64,000 bases of DNA from Fibrobacteria bacterium (GTDB taxonomy: Bacteria; Fibrobacterota; Fibrobacteria; UBA11236; JADFYW01), in assembly GCA_050294405.1 (NCBI GenBank), contig JBNKOC010000007.1:119385-183384 (forward strand), given 5' to 3'. Positions 1-10,165 of this stretch are shown in pieces. The notes under the pieces were generated by a model, which worked only from the letters and a program-made list of their open reading frames with translations, had not been told where the DNA came from and made no database searches. Position numbers and translations under genes: made by a program. Position 1 is the stretch's first letter, and every line of letters begins with the position of its first letter.

Positions 1-80
1 TCTTGGACAAATTGAGGAAAGTCCCCGCCACTTTTAACTTTCCCGAACGCTTCGTGTATTTGTTCTATTGTAAACATATT

Positions 81-1667
81 TTATTGCCTTTCTTTATATT
101 CAAAATAATCAAAGTCTGCGAATTTTGCTCTTCCTAATAAATCCTGACAGCAAATTCCAACAAAAGAACCGGTAAAATGGGCACCGGCGCCAAATTCTTC
201 AAATTCATCAGAAAGAGTGCTGTAATCATAGGTTGGCCCCAATTGTCCCCAGTCTATTCCATTTGCCGAATGGTAAAACACAAGTTTGTCATAATCAACC
301 TGGGCTTTTAAATAATAGAGGCCTTCGTTTGGAATACTTAATTTTTCATCCAAAAGAAATTCTGCAACGGCATTTTTACTCGAAATAATATCAATACAAC
401 GTCCTTTATCTTCTTCCCAAGTAATATAGATGTAATAAAAATTACGGTTGTCATACATACAAATTAATCCGGCCATATGCTGAAATGTATTTGGCTGAAA
501 ATCTAGACATGTTTCTGCGGTATAAAAGAACGATTGCTGTCTTCTTGCTATTAAAGCCTGAGTATGATGTGAGTTTAGCGATTCCTTCCCTTTCAGCCGT
601 AGGAATCCAGGCCTTTCGGTTAACGAAAAAGTATCTTCACCAAGTTTTTTTCTAAGAAACTGGAAATTAATATTCAGCTTATCGCTGTTAAAGTCATCAC
701 GTGCCGTTTCTTTATCCCACTGGTGTAATGCTAAGTTTGGAGCGGGTACTTCCTCCTGAGGTTCATTTCCGCCACATGCTAACCTCAACCAGCCATCGTC
801 AGTCCAAGCCATTTTTTGAATGCCGGTTTCTCTTCCCATGGTACACCTTCCTCTTGAAGGGATATGCCTTCCGCATAAATGAGCCATGTACCATTCCCCA
901 TTTTGCGTTTCAACCAGGGAAGCGTGACCTGCTCTCTGAAGTTTAAGCTCAGGATTGTTGAATGAAGTTAAAATAGGATTCTGCGGGTCAACCTCATAGG
1001 GACCCAATATGTTTTCAGACCTGGCCATGGTTACCGAATGCCTTAGTTCTGTTCCCCCCTCGGCTGTCAATAGGTAATAATAACCATTGTGCTTATATAA
1101 ATGAGGGCCTTCTACCAATGCTATTTCTGTGCCTTTAAAAACATTGCTAACAGGGCCAATCAATTTCTTTTCTCTTTCGGAATATTCTTGCAGTAATATA
1201 CCTCCAAATGGATGTTTATTTTTCCGGTGATCCCAAATCACATTTAGCAGCCATTTTTTTCCATCTGTATCGTGAAATAAGGAAGGGTCAAAACCTGAGC
1301 TATTCAAATAAATGGGATCAGACCATTCTCCGGTAATATCATCGGTTGTCACGAGATAATTATTCACATCTTTAAATTCGCTGCGGAAGGTTTTCACATC
1401 GGTATAAATCAGGTAAAATTTGCCCTTGCTGTAACTGAGACAAGGTGCCCAGATTCCACATGAATTGGGAGTTCCGGTCAAATCGAGTTGAGCGGTTCTG
1501 TTTAAAGGACGTGTTATAAGCTTCCAATTTATAAGATCTTTAGAATGATGAATCTGCACACCGGGAAACCATTCGAAAGTGGAAGTGGCGATATAAAAGT
1601 CCTCATTGACCCTGAGGATAGAGGGATCGGGATTAAAACCTGGAATAATAGGATTTTTGATTTTCAT
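81..1667 (-). CDS. GH43 beta-xylosidase/arabinofuranosidase with C-terminal GH43_C2 domain
   Basis: NPIIPGFNPDPSI, TSTFEWFPG, WAP, GFDPSLFHD and EGPH motifs; ATG at 1667 preferred over the ORF-track start at 1682. Confidence 0.9.
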   Translation of the reverse strand: MKIKNPIIPGFNPDPSILRVNEDFYIATSTFEWFPGVQIHHSKDLINWKLITRPLNRTAQLDLTGTPNSCGIWAPCLSYSKGKFYLIYTDVKTFRSEFKDVNNYLVTTDDITGEWSDPIYLNSSGFDPSLFHDTDGKKWLLNVIWDHRKNKHPFGGILLQEYSEREKKLIGPVSNVFKGTEIALVEGPHLYKHNGYYYLLTAEGGTELRHSVTMARSENILGPYEVDPQNPILTSFNNPELKLQRAGHASLVETQNGEWYMAHLCGRHIPSRGRCTMGRETGIQKMAWTDDGWLRLACGGNEPQEEVPAPNLALHQWDKETARDDFNSDKLNINFQFLRKKLGEDTFSLTERPGFLRLKGKESLNSHHTQALIARRQQSFFYTAETCLDFQPNTFQHMAGLICMYDNRNFYYIYITWEEDKGRCIDIISSKNAVAEFLLDEKLSIPNEGLYYLKAQVDYDKLVFYHSANGIDWGQLGPTYDYSTLSDEFEEFGAGAHFTGSFVGICCQDLLGRAKFADFDYFEYKERQ

Positions 1668-1780
1668 GGAGAGTTTTCGCAATCAGGGTTTGAAACAATT
1701 TTTGTCATGTGGTTGAACTCCTAGTGGATGTTTGTTGCTAATGGTTTTCCTACTTAGCCATTTTCCACCTTAACTTTTGT

Positions 1781-2191
1781 TTAAGGCTCGATATTGCTTA
1801 CCAACCTTTTTAAGGTATCATAGGTTATCTGGTATTCCTTTTCAGAAATTCCATCCATGCTTCTATTCCTAAATATATTTTGCCGTTCAAAACATTGGTG
1901 ATGAATTTCGAGTCCTTTTTGTGTCAGCTTTAATTTTGAGTTTTGCCCATCTAATATTTTTTCGTTCATTAAATTATTCAATATTTTTTGGACAAGTAAC
2001 TCATCTGCAAATGGTTGCATGATGTTTAATAATTCTGTTTTAGAAATCTCATTATTTTCTTTTAAGCAATTTAATATCTGCCAATCAGTTCTTGTTAACC
2101 CGAATTGAGCATGTATTTCATTAATACCTTTGGTCAGTGTTTCATCTGCTCGTTTTATCCAATACCCTATTGGCAAATTTTTCTGTTTCAT
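1781..2191 (-). CDS. MarR-family winged-helix regulator
   Basis: PIGYWIKRAD...GLTRTDWQIL...LTQKG pattern, 136 aa. Confidence 0.75.
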   Translation of the reverse strand: MKQKNLPIGYWIKRADETLTKGINEIHAQFGLTRTDWQILNCLKENNEISKTELLNIMQPFADELLVQKILNNLMNEKILDGQNSKLKLTQKGLEIHHQCFERQNIFRNRSMDGISEKEYQITYDTLKRLVSNIEP

Positions 2192-2194
2192 TTT

Positions 2195-2539
2195 TTAATT
2201 TTTCCAATACATGTTATCCGTTTCTAGTTCTTCGAAGATCATATCTTGAAGCGTCTTTAATTCCTTCTTGTAATTTATATTTTCTTTTTCCGTTTTCTTA
2301 AACTCGGATAAAACCTCAAAAACAAATTTGTTTTCCCCATATTGATTCCAATCTTTTTGTAAGTCCTTGTTTCTATGGTTTCCAAATTTGAGTTCCATTT
2401 TATGACGATTCCACTTTGATTTCATATCAACGCTGTTATCAATAAAGAATTTTTCATTCACAATACATTTTATTTGAAAAACTCCCATAGGAAATTCCAT
2501 TTGTTTGTATTCGTCCTTAAGCTCTTTCTTTGTCTTCAT
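2195..2539 (-). CDS. GIY-YIG nuclease-family small protein
   Basis: MGVFQIKC...WNRHKMELKFGNHRNKDLQKDWNQYG. Confidence 0.7.
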   Translation of the reverse strand: MKTKKELKDEYKQMEFPMGVFQIKCIVNEKFFIDNSVDMKSKWNRHKMELKFGNHRNKDLQKDWNQYGENKFVFEVLSEFKKTEKENINYKKELKTLQDMIFEELETDNMYWKN

Positions 2540-2611
2540 TTATGTAAATCCTAATTGTTTCAAAACTGTTTTTCTGTGGAAAATTTGAGTATGACCATTT
2601 ATAAGCACTAT

Positions 2612-3202
2612 CTATTTTTTCTTTATATCCAATATTATTGCAGCTGAGAAAATTTCCTGATATTTTTTCGATTGAAGGTTGAAATCTTTTGCTTTTATTT
2701 TATTAAATGATATTTTGGCAAAAGATTCCGATTTATCAGGTTGAGTTATTTTGCCTGTAGAGCTGCTTTTTTTCAAAACCTGGATTGCCTTTGCTTCCGG
2801 ACTGTATTGTTTACCATTTGCAGTTATAGTAGCTTTGGGCAAAAAACGAATCCCGGTTTTTTTTGCCATAAAATAGCTACTGAATGTTGTGGAGTAATTA
2901 CGAACTACCTCCCCATTTTTAATTGTTGTACTTTGAGAAGATGATTTGGTTGGCTTTTTTACAACCGAGAAGTTTTCACTTGGCTCTTTAAATTCTAGAA
3001 GCTCTGCTTTTTGGTTTATGGTATATTTTACCACGAACTCCTCGCCGAATCGAATTTCATCTGGAACATCAATATTAATTTGACTCTGACCTTGAGCTAA
3101 TAGTTTGGTAAGAAAACAGAAGGTGGTTAGTAATATTGTTATGTTGTTTTTCATAGTGTTTAATTTAATATTCTTTGTGTTATTGTAACTCATAATTCTC
3201 AA
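2612..3202 (-). CDS. BatD-like Ig-fold protein, probably truncated
   Basis: Signal peptide, GEEFVVKYTIN, SSSQSTTIKNG and ATITANGKQY resemble a single BatD repeat. Confidence 0.55.
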   Translation of the reverse strand: MRIMSYNNTKNIKLNTMKNNITILLTTFCFLTKLLAQGQSQINIDVPDEIRFGEEFVVKYTINQKAELLEFKEPSENFSVVKKPTKSSSQSTTIKNGEVVRNYSTTFSSYFMAKKTGIRFLPKATITANGKQYSPEAKAIQVLKKSSSTGKITQPDKSESFAKISFNKIKAKDFNLQSKKYQEIFSAAIILDIKKK

Positions 3203-3383
3203 ATTGCAACAAATGTCACAAAAACGAAGTTAGCTTTGAGTGGAGGTAGCGCAGAATCTAGCCCTCACTGTATTGCTTTGGTAATCTCCACTTGGTGCTG
3301 TAAGCCCAGCTGGATTAACTTCAAATGAATGCTCCCCCCTATCTCGTGTTACGCCCAAGGAGTAAGAAACAACATTTTGAATG

Positions 3384-3836
3384 CTACTCTTCAAATTTAA
3401 ATTCCGGTTCTCCCCCTATTAATTTCCGAAAAAATATTGCAGATTCCTCATATCCAATAGCTTTATAAAAATCAGATGCTCGTCTTGTTGCCAATCCAAT
3501 CAATTTACCATTCTTGTTTTCTACCCATTTCTCAAATTCGCGCATTAATTTTTGTCCGACGCCCTGTCGCCTATAATCCTCACTTACCATAATTTCTTCA
3601 ACCCAACCAACTCGTCCATTTGCATAAAATGAATAATGTTCAAATCCTAATAAATATCCAATAACTCGAGTCCTATCAATTGCTAGAAATATTTTAGAAG
3701 AATCAGATTTCATCAAATAATCAAATGATTCATTAAATTTCACCTGTACTGGGTTAAAGGATGTTGCGAATCTTTTAACCAATTCAAATATTTGAATTTT
3801 ATCGTTTTCTTCAGCTTGACGTATTTGAAGACTCAT
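3384..3836 (-). CDS. GNAT N-acetyltransferase
   Basis: Motif A VSEDYRRQGVGQKL; ASDFYKAIGY. Confidence 0.9.
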   Translation of the reverse strand: MSLQIRQAEENDKIQIFELVKRFATSFNPVQVKFNESFDYLMKSDSSKIFLAIDRTRVIGYLLGFEHYSFYANGRVGWVEEIMVSEDYRRQGVGQKLMREFEKWVENKNGKLIGLATRRASDFYKAIGYEESAIFFRKLIGGEPEFKFEE

Positions 3837-3883
3837 AAATCAACAATCGTTTAGTGTGGTTTTTATCAGTAGCCATATAGTAT

Positions 3884-4513
3884 TTATGATATCCAAGTTA
3901 GAAGAGAATTAATTATGGTCCAGGAACCATTTTCTTTCCTAAGCCATATAAAGTTTCCTCCGCCCCCCAAACTCCCATAGGAGTAATCTATTTCAAAAAC
4001 AGCTTGTGTTTTATCCTCATTAAAAGCAATTCTCGAAAGCCAAATTATGCCATTTGCATTTTCATAGTCGTTATAAAATTCCTCCCAATCGGCATCTAAA
4101 TCTTGGCGGTCAAAAATGTTTGATAATTTTTCTGATGTTATCAAAATAATTTCTTTTGATTCAAAATGAAAATATTTTCCAAAATGCACCGAATCTTTAT
4201 TTAATTCTTCATGGGCTTTAACTAAGGTTGTGTCAAATTCTGGGTAATTTTCAATTAGATACTCATAGTATTGGCTCCCATAACTTAAGCCAATATTTTT
4301 TTTTGTAGCTTGTACGATAACAATTTTTTCAGAAGAATATTTTTCTTCAATAACTAAAGAATAAATATTATAATTCTCTTCTGAAATTACATCTGCTTGC
4401 TCTAATGGAAATTCTGGTCCACTTCCCCTATCCCCCATGTTACAGCTTTGGATTAATAATCCTACCACAAAGAAAAGGAATGTATATAAAAATGGCCTCT
4501 TTTTCATAAACAT
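3884..4513 (-). CDS. Hypothetical lipoprotein
   Basis: Lipobox LLIQSC after a hydrophobic stretch. Confidence 0.6.
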   Translation of the reverse strand: MFMKKRPFLYTFLFFVVGLLIQSCNMGDRGSGPEFPLEQADVISEENYNIYSLVIEEKYSSEKIVIVQATKKNIGLSYGSQYYEYLIENYPEFDTTLVKAHEELNKDSVHFGKYFHFESKEIILITSEKLSNIFDRQDLDADWEEFYNDYENANGIIWLSRIAFNEDKTQAVFEIDYSYGSLGGGGNFIWLRKENGSWTIINSLLTWIS

Positions 4514-4525
4514 AATTTAAAACAT

Positions 4526-5101
4526 TTATTCAATAACCTTAATGTTATAAGAATGCAACAGACCGGGTAAACCTTTGAGCCCAAATTTTGCGTTTTTTAT
4601 TCTGTTAAGATTGGGATCAATTATGTAGTTAATAGATTTTGTAAAGTCGGCCTTTTCTAAATTTACATTTTCAAAAATAGCGTCTAAGAAATCACAATTA
4701 GGAAAAACAAAATTAGACAAGTTGCAATCTGTAAAATCTACACCGTGTAATTGACAATTGCTAAATACAGAACCCTTTAAATTCATTTTAAAAAATGTGG
4801 AATTACTTAAATTGCAGCCATTAAAAATTACGGAAAAGCTTAAATCATTGCAGGTTTCAAAATTAACTCCCAAAATTTTCGAATTTAAAAAACATACATC
4901 TTGAAAGGAGCTGTGTTCAACCTTTACCAGGGATAGATTGCAATCCTCGAAATTCGAATCTGAAAATTTACAATTGGATAAGTCCAATTTTGAAAAACCA
5001 CAACCCACAAATGTGCAGTTCTCATATTCCCCTACTTCAAAAGGAGAAGATGTGAAATCAATATTCTCAAATCTTTTTCCTTCTATGTAAGAATTATCCA
5101 T
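4526..5101 (-). CDS. Pentapeptide-repeat protein
   Basis: Tandem (F/L)xxxx pentapeptides, e.g. FSDSNFEDCNLSLVK. Confidence 0.9.
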   Translation of the reverse strand: MDNSYIEGKRFENIDFTSSPFEVGEYENCTFVGCGFSKLDLSNCKFSDSNFEDCNLSLVKVEHSSFQDVCFLNSKILGVNFETCNDLSFSVIFNGCNLSNSTFFKMNLKGSVFSNCQLHGVDFTDCNLSNFVFPNCDFLDAIFENVNLEKADFTKSINYIIDPNLNRIKNAKFGLKGLPGLLHSYNIKVIE

Positions 5102-5141
5102 TAGTGTAAAGTATAAATAATCTGCTTAGTACCGGCCTAAA

Positions 5142-5534
5142 TTATTTCTTTGCCGGCTCCCAAAGCTCAATTGGATTTCCTTCGGGATCATGAATACGGG
5201 CGAATGTTCCTATTTCTGGCATAGAATTCCACTCGTCTTTTTGTATAACTTCAGTCCCCTTTTCCTGTAGTTCTGCAATTAATTTTTTTAGGTCCATCAC
5301 TCGGAAGTTAATCATCCATTCTTTTTTATCGTTGAAATAATCAGAGTTTTGAGGAAAGGGCTCAAAAACAGTTGCCCCTGCCTGTTGCATCCAAACCATA
5401 TCTTGAATATCTATACCAAGCGTGTTGATATACCAGTCTTTTAATTCTTTAGGATTTTTGGAACGGAAAAAAAAGCCGCCTATTCCAGTTATGTTTTTAG
5501 ATTTTGACATATTATTCTCCTTAATGTTTGGCAA
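5142..5534 (-). CDS. VOC/glyoxalase-family protein
   Basis: ITGIGGFFFRSKNP...INFRV.DL...DPEGNPIELWEP. Confidence 0.9.
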   Translation of the reverse strand: MPNIKENNMSKSKNITGIGGFFFRSKNPKELKDWYINTLGIDIQDMVWMQQAGATVFEPFPQNSDYFNDKKEWMINFRVMDLKKLIAELQEKGTEVIQKDEWNSMPEIGTFARIHDPEGNPIELWEPAKK

Positions 5535-5608
5535 TAAAAAAAACTATTGCTTATGTGATTGATCAGGCTATCATCTTTTTAATCACACATTGGGTTTGCA
5601 TAAATGGA

Positions 5609-7063
5609 TTATGTACCACAAAAGGTCTGGTGAGAACGGTCTTTATCTATTGGGGTATCCTGGTAGTCAGATGTGCCTGGTATCTCTTTATAAGGGCTTT
5701 TCAGCACCTTAAGAATTTTAAGGGCTGAATCGGGACTGCCCGTGTCTTGACAAGTTTTAAGGACGGCTTCTATATGGTGGTTTCGGGGAATAACCACTGG
5801 GTTTGCCTGCCGCATGCGCTTATAAATATCTTCCGGCTCGTTTTTCTGGTTTGTGATTTTATCACGCCAGCTATCATAAAATCCTTTCAGTTCGGTTTTT
5901 AATTCCAGTACAGGTTCTTCTGCTTCAAGTGAACGCGTGAGCTTGTCAAAAGTTTGGGTAAAATCCATTTGAGAAAGTTTCATATGCTCTAGAAATTCAT
6001 GCATAAACTTAACTGTGTCTGGGTGGCTGCTGTCCAGGCCAAATTTTTGGGAAAGCATTTTTGTATAAGCTCTCTCAAATTTTTCTGCAAAGCCAGCATA
6101 TAAAGAACGTACGCTTTCAATGGTTTTTGAATCGTCGGGTTTAACCAGCAACATCAAACTTTGAGCTAACTGTCCCATGTTCCACTTTGCGATATTAGGT
6201 TGGTTACCGTAGGCATATCGGCCATAGCGATCAATGGAACTAAATACCGTTTGTGGATCGTAATGCCCCATCATGGCACAAGGGCCGTAGTCTATGGTAT
6301 CTCCCGAAATAGTGGTATTATCCGTATTCATTACCCCATGAATAAACCCCACTCTCATCCACTCCACTATTAATTTGATTTGCTTCTCGAATACATGTTC
6401 TAAAAATAAAACAATTCTATTCCCCTCTTGGTTATTGATGGCAGGGTAATGACGCTCTATACTGTAATCTAATAAGTTTTGCAAAGCCTCACTATTTTCT
6501 TGTGCGCTAAAGTATTCAAAGCTACCCACTCGTAAATGGCTACTGGCCACTCGGGTAACCACAGCACCGGACAACACAATGTCCCGATAGACATCTTCCC
6601 CGGTAGTTACCACCGCCAAACAACGAGACGTAGGCACGCCCAGTGCCGCCATGGCCTCACTCATAATATATTCACGAATAGCGGGTCCCAATGCACAGCG
6701 CCCATCGCCCCCTCGGGAAAAATGCGTGGGGCCTGATCCTTTGAGCTGTATGTCGAACCGACCACCCGTTTTATCCAATACTTCGCCCAGCAAATGGGCT
6801 CGCCCATCCCCCAGTTGGGGAACAAAATTACCAAATTGATGCCCGGCATAGGCCAGGGCCACCGGTTCCGATCCTGCTAGGGGTTCATTGCCGGAAAATA
6901 TCCGGGCTAGGGCGCTTACATCATTTTGTAATGGCTGGGGGATTAATAACTCATCGGCAAGAGGACTATTCCACAAAAACAGTGCAGGACTCTCTACCGG
7001 AACAGGAAAGGTTCGCTGGTAAAATACTTCGCCCAAGTCTAAATAGCTGTTTACAAATTGCAT
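5609..7063 (-). CDS. selO: Protein adenylyltransferase SelO (YdiU)
   Basis: AYAGHQFG, LGDGRA, QLKGSGPTHFSRGGDGR, GFIHGVMNTDN, IDYGP; C-terminal TFCGT. Confidence 0.93.
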   Translation of the reverse strand: MQFVNSYLDLGEVFYQRTFPVPVESPALFLWNSPLADELLIPQPLQNDVSALARIFSGNEPLAGSEPVALAYAGHQFGNFVPQLGDGRAHLLGEVLDKTGGRFDIQLKGSGPTHFSRGGDGRCALGPAIREYIMSEAMAALGVPTSRCLAVVTTGEDVYRDIVLSGAVVTRVASSHLRVGSFEYFSAQENSEALQNLLDYSIERHYPAINNQEGNRIVLFLEHVFEKQIKLIVEWMRVGFIHGVMNTDNTTISGDTIDYGPCAMMGHYDPQTVFSSIDRYGRYAYGNQPNIAKWNMGQLAQSLMLLVKPDDSKTIESVRSLYAGFAEKFERAYTKMLSQKFGLDSSHPDTVKFMHEFLEHMKLSQMDFTQTFDKLTRSLEAEEPVLELKTELKGFYDSWRDKITNQKNEPEDIYKRMRQANPVVIPRNHHIEAVLKTCQDTGSPDSALKILKVLKSPYKEIPGTSDYQDTPIDKDRSHQTFCGT

Positions 7064-7140
7064 GTCAGTATTATAGCTAACTACCCATATTTAACCAACT
7101 TCAGCACACTGGTGGCTGTGTAGTCCTCCATTAGCCTTAT

Positions 7141-7165
7141 CTTACATATGGCCATTGTTGTGTGC
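7141..7165. repeat. Half attC-like site (remnant)
   Basis: cttacatatggccattgttgtgtgc resembles the right arm of the 8597-8731 site (cttatagccattgttagcggt); partner arm missing. Confidence 0.55.
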
Positions 7166-7191
7166 TGGCTTTATTTTGTTCAACTTTATTT

Positions 7192-7635
7192 TTATTTCAG
7201 CTCTAATGTGAATTTTTCGTGTGTATTAATAAATTTTTCTCTTTGATAAAAGCGATATGCTTCAGTCCGTTTTTTGTTGCATGTTACTTCCAGTTGCATA
7301 ATTCCATTGTATTTAGCAACACGTTTTAGTTCGTCAATCATTTTTTTTCCGATTCCGGTTTTCCTATTTTCCGGAGTCACATACACCTCTTGGATTTCCG
7401 CAATTTTTTGCCCAGCGTGATGTAGCAAATTTTGAGAGTGGCAACTTACAAATCCAATAGGTTTGTTATTTACTTCCGCAATCAGATAGATATTATTTTT
7501 GTTCTTTATATTCTGAACAAAAGCTTTTTTTTGACTTTCAAGTCTGAAAGTAGTCCCCTCTAATTCATTCACAAACTGATAAATAGAATCAAAATCGGTT
7601 TGGTTCGCTTTTCGGATTGTTATTTGGTTTTGCAT
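7192..7635 (-). CDS. GNAT acetyltransferase (PhnO-like), cassette 9
   Basis: EIQEVYVTPENRKTGIGKKM; EAYRFYQREKF. Confidence 0.85.
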   Translation of the reverse strand: MQNQITIRKANQTDFDSIYQFVNELEGTTFRLESQKKAFVQNIKNKNNIYLIAEVNNKPIGFVSCHSQNLLHHAGQKIAEIQEVYVTPENRKTGIGKKMIDELKRVAKYNGIMQLEVTCNKKRTEAYRFYQREKFINTHEKFTLELK

Positions 7636-7678
7636 TCTGACCTAAGCGATAATTTCAATTATAGACATTTTTTAGTTT

Positions 7679-7713
7679 ACACACATCGTGCTTGGCGATC
7701 GATATTGGCAACT
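7679..7713. repeat. Collapsed/degenerate attC-like site
   Basis: acacacatc matches the reverse complement of gttgtgtgc (7157-7165) at 7/9 positions; the central hairpin is gone. Confidence 0.4.
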
Positions 7714-7731
7714 GACTTTTTCCATTTTTGA

Positions 7732-8118
7732 TTAAATTCCGATTACATATGATGTTATCGATTGTATTTTCTCAGCTTTTGCTCCTTTAAATTTATAAAA
7801 GTCCGAAAAGGCATATTTCTTTCCGTTTTGCATTTTCATTATTCCGTTTGTTGCGCCTTCTTTCCCGTGCGATAAGATTTGGTCAATTGTTAACTCAGCA
7901 ACCTTTTCGGATTTCATTTTTTCCAATTCTTCTGTAAATTTTTCTTTTCCCTCAATGTTTTTGTCGCCAATTATATTCCAAACAATTTCATCTGTTACAC
8001 TTCCGGTAATAAATTTAACCTCTCCTTTTGCAAAGGCAATATTGAATTTTTTTAGAAACTCCATTTTTGGAGAGTTTCCACAATTAGGGCTTGAAATAAT
8101 TTTTGTCATTTGGTTCAA
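7732..8118 (-). CDS. SnoaL/NTF2-like protein, cassette 8
   Basis: FNIAFAKG...VTDEIVWNIIG...GKEKF pattern. Confidence 0.75.
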   Translation of the reverse strand: MNQMTKIISSPNCGNSPKMEFLKKFNIAFAKGEVKFITGSVTDEIVWNIIGDKNIEGKEKFTEELEKMKSEKVAELTIDQILSHGKEGATNGIMKMQNGKKYAFSDFYKFKGAKAEKIQSITSYVIGI

Positions 8119-8175
8119 TTCTTTCGTTTTGTTTTTTCTGTAATAAACCTTTACTTGCTCATTGTGTTTGATTTA

Positions 8176-8553
8176 TTATTTTGAATACATCATTACTGCT
8201 TTTTCAACCTTCATCTCGTCATTGAAAAACAAATTTTCTACTACTTGTTTCTGTATTGACAAACTTTCGTAATAAATCGTCAAACAATTTATTCCGTAAA
8301 AAATGTTTATTATTCTGAATTGAAGGTCAGGGTTATTTTCTAATGCTTTTCCCCAATATGCACGAATGTTGTCTTTACCTTGTATAAAACCTTTTGTTTC
8401 GGGCAATCTTTTCATTGCCAGTGGTGTGTCCACAGAAAAGTCTTCTGTGTAATGCGATAGTATTTTTTCAAGGTCGTGTTCGTTCCAACCTGCAATCCAT
8501 TCTTCCACAAAATGCTCTGCAAAAGTTTGGTCAATTAGTTTTCTTGGACCCAT
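8176..8553 (-). CDS. SnoaL/NTF2-like protein, cassette 8
   Basis: EWIAGWNEHDLEKILSHYTEDF...GKDNIRAYW. Confidence 0.85.
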   Translation of the reverse strand: MGPRKLIDQTFAEHFVEEWIAGWNEHDLEKILSHYTEDFSVDTPLAMKRLPETKGFIQGKDNIRAYWGKALENNPDLQFRIINIFYGINCLTIYYESLSIQKQVVENLFFNDEMKVEKAVMMYSK

Positions 8554-8596
8554 TTTTTATTCTTTTCTATTCTTCCCAGATGACAATTTTTACCTG

Positions 8597-8731
8597 ACCG
8601 CCAACGATCTCGGTTATGAGTAGTTGCGTGGGTTAGCACTTACTTTGGCAGGTACACACCAAACTGAAAATCCTTGCGGATTTTCAGAAGTAGGTGAGAA
8701 CAAGCAATTACTTATAGCCATTGTTAGCGGT
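8597..8731. repeat. attC-like hairpin site
   Basis: accgccaac...gttagcggt ends; arms ggttatgagtagttgc / gcaattacttatagcc. Confidence 0.85.
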
Positions 8732-8785
8732 TTGTTGTTTTTTTTGTTTGTTTTTCATTGCAATACTTTTTTTAATCTTTGTCAG

Positions 8786-9211
8786 TCAAGTTGTCCGCTT
8801 AACTCCATCTTTTATGGCTGCTTCAAGTATGTCAATATTTATGCCTTTCAGCGTTTTAAATTTAATGCAGTAGCCTGTTACACTCGCTTTGCCTATTGCT
8901 TTTCCATAGGTTTCTGGTAAATATTTTTTGTCTTTTATACCCATAATATAAACCGAAATTCCTGTTGTATTTCCACTAACACCAATTTGATAATAGTCTT
9001 TGGTTTTTCCGTTTGCATATTTTGTGGCCTGAAGTCCATATCCTATTTGAGGATTAGTTACTATTTTACCTTTTTCATCTTTTCCGTCTAAGAACCATAA
9101 TTTACATTTTGGCATTATTTTAAGTATGCGTTTATGCAACTCTTCAATTTCAGCATGTTTTGGTTCAGGCTGGCTGTCAATATATTTTTTGATTTGCTCT
9201 TGCATGTTCAT
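8786..9211 (-). CDS. DUF1801-family protein, cassette 7
   Basis: QIKKYIDSQPEPK...NPQIGYG...ISVYIMG...GYCIKFK. Confidence 0.8.
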   Translation of the reverse strand: MNMQEQIKKYIDSQPEPKHAEIEELHKRILKIMPKCKLWFLDGKDEKGKIVTNPQIGYGLQATKYANGKTKDYYQIGVSGNTTGISVYIMGIKDKKYLPETYGKAIGKASVTGYCIKFKTLKGINIDILEAAIKDGVKRTT

Positions 9212-9250
9212 ATTTCAAGTTCCTGATGATTTTAGTGATGGTTTGCAATG

Positions 9251-9385
9251 ACCGCTAACGGTTTGCGTGTTGCCGCAGTTAGCGATTTCGGAGCTTCAAC
9301 TTGTCAAACCGTTACAATTTTTATTAAATGTACAAAGGTTTAAATTACCCACATCCCCCGGCTTACGTATATTGCGTAGCCGCTG
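9251..9385. repeat. attC-like site, right arm degenerate
   Basis: accgctaacgg start; core gatttcggagcttcaacttgtcaa resembles the 10061 and 13749 sites. Confidence 0.7.
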
Positions 9386-9405
9386 ACAATTTCCGTGCAC
9401 CAATT

Positions 9406-9615
9406 TCATATTAAACATATTATAATCGAAATCATTACAAATCCTATTGTATGATACAATCCTGTTATTAATCCATATAATTTTGGATTACTCATTTTCG
9501 GTGTTACTGGTGAAAACCAAAGTCCGCCAAATATAAAATATACTATCGAAGCGATAATAATCCCAAGCCAGTTTAAGTCAAAAAAATTTATTGCCATAAT
9601 TCCATTTTTTATCAA
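9406..9615 (-). pseudogene. DUF1761-like membrane protein, apparently internally deleted
   Basis: LNWLGIIIASIVYFIFGGLWFSP N-terminus joined directly to a PKLYGLITGLYH C-terminus; only 69 aa. Confidence 0.5.
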
Positions 9616-9617
9616 AT

Positions 9618-10028
9618 CTATGCTTTTTTAGACCTCATTGCTTTCAAAACCTTTATTTTTTTATCGTCTTTAAGTCTTAAATAATCATCTGAGTTTTGAG
9701 CTATCAAGGCTATCCGACCATCATTATCACTATGCACACCCCATCCATACCTTTTTGTCAGCGGGGATGAACGAAAGCAAGGTTGTCCTTTGGAAAAGAA
9801 TTTCTCTTTTTCTAAGTCCATATCAGCTTGATTAATTCCGTTTTTTATTGCAAAAACTTGAAATAGAACCTCATCCGATGTGAACTTATATGGATTCTGA
9901 CTAATCAAATCGAACTGTATGTTTGCAACTGTCAACTTTTCTCCTTTTTGAGGAGGAATCTCAGATTTTGTTGCTGGGCAATCATCCGCAATCTCGATAA
10001 ATGTATTATAATAATTTGTTGTTTTCAT
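9618..10028 (-). CDS. DUF6157-like conserved hypothetical protein, cassette 6
   Basis: TTNYYNTFIEIADDCP...FFSKGQPCFRSSPLTKRYGWGVH. Confidence 0.7.
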   Translation of the reverse strand: MKTTNYYNTFIEIADDCPATKSEIPPQKGEKLTVANIQFDLISQNPYKFTSDEVLFQVFAIKNGINQADMDLEKEKFFSKGQPCFRSSPLTKRYGWGVHSDNDGRIALIAQNSDDYLRLKDDKKIKVLKAMRSKKA

Positions 10029-10060
10029 AGTATCAATTTAGCAGTTCGTTGTTTTGTTTG

Positions 10061-10160
10061 CCACTAACGGATGGCAATATGCGGAGGCCGGGATTTCGAA
10101 GTTCCAACTTATCAAATCACAATACAGTTTATTAAATATTTAAGGTTCAAAAGTAATACT
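10061..10160. repeat. attC-like site, right arm truncated
   Basis: ccactaacgg start; core ggatttcgaagttccaacttatcaa; the stop codon of the next ORF abuts where the right arm should be. Confidence 0.65.
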
Positions 10161-10165
10161 ACACA

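Noticed and set aside
3203..3383. Intergenic segment as an intact attC-like site or ncRNA
   Set aside because: Only a gttacgccc-like end is visible; I could not find convincing paired arms.
8624..8920. 98-aa plus-strand ORF
   Set aside because: Runs through an attC-like site and antisense to the DUF1801 gene; likely spurious.
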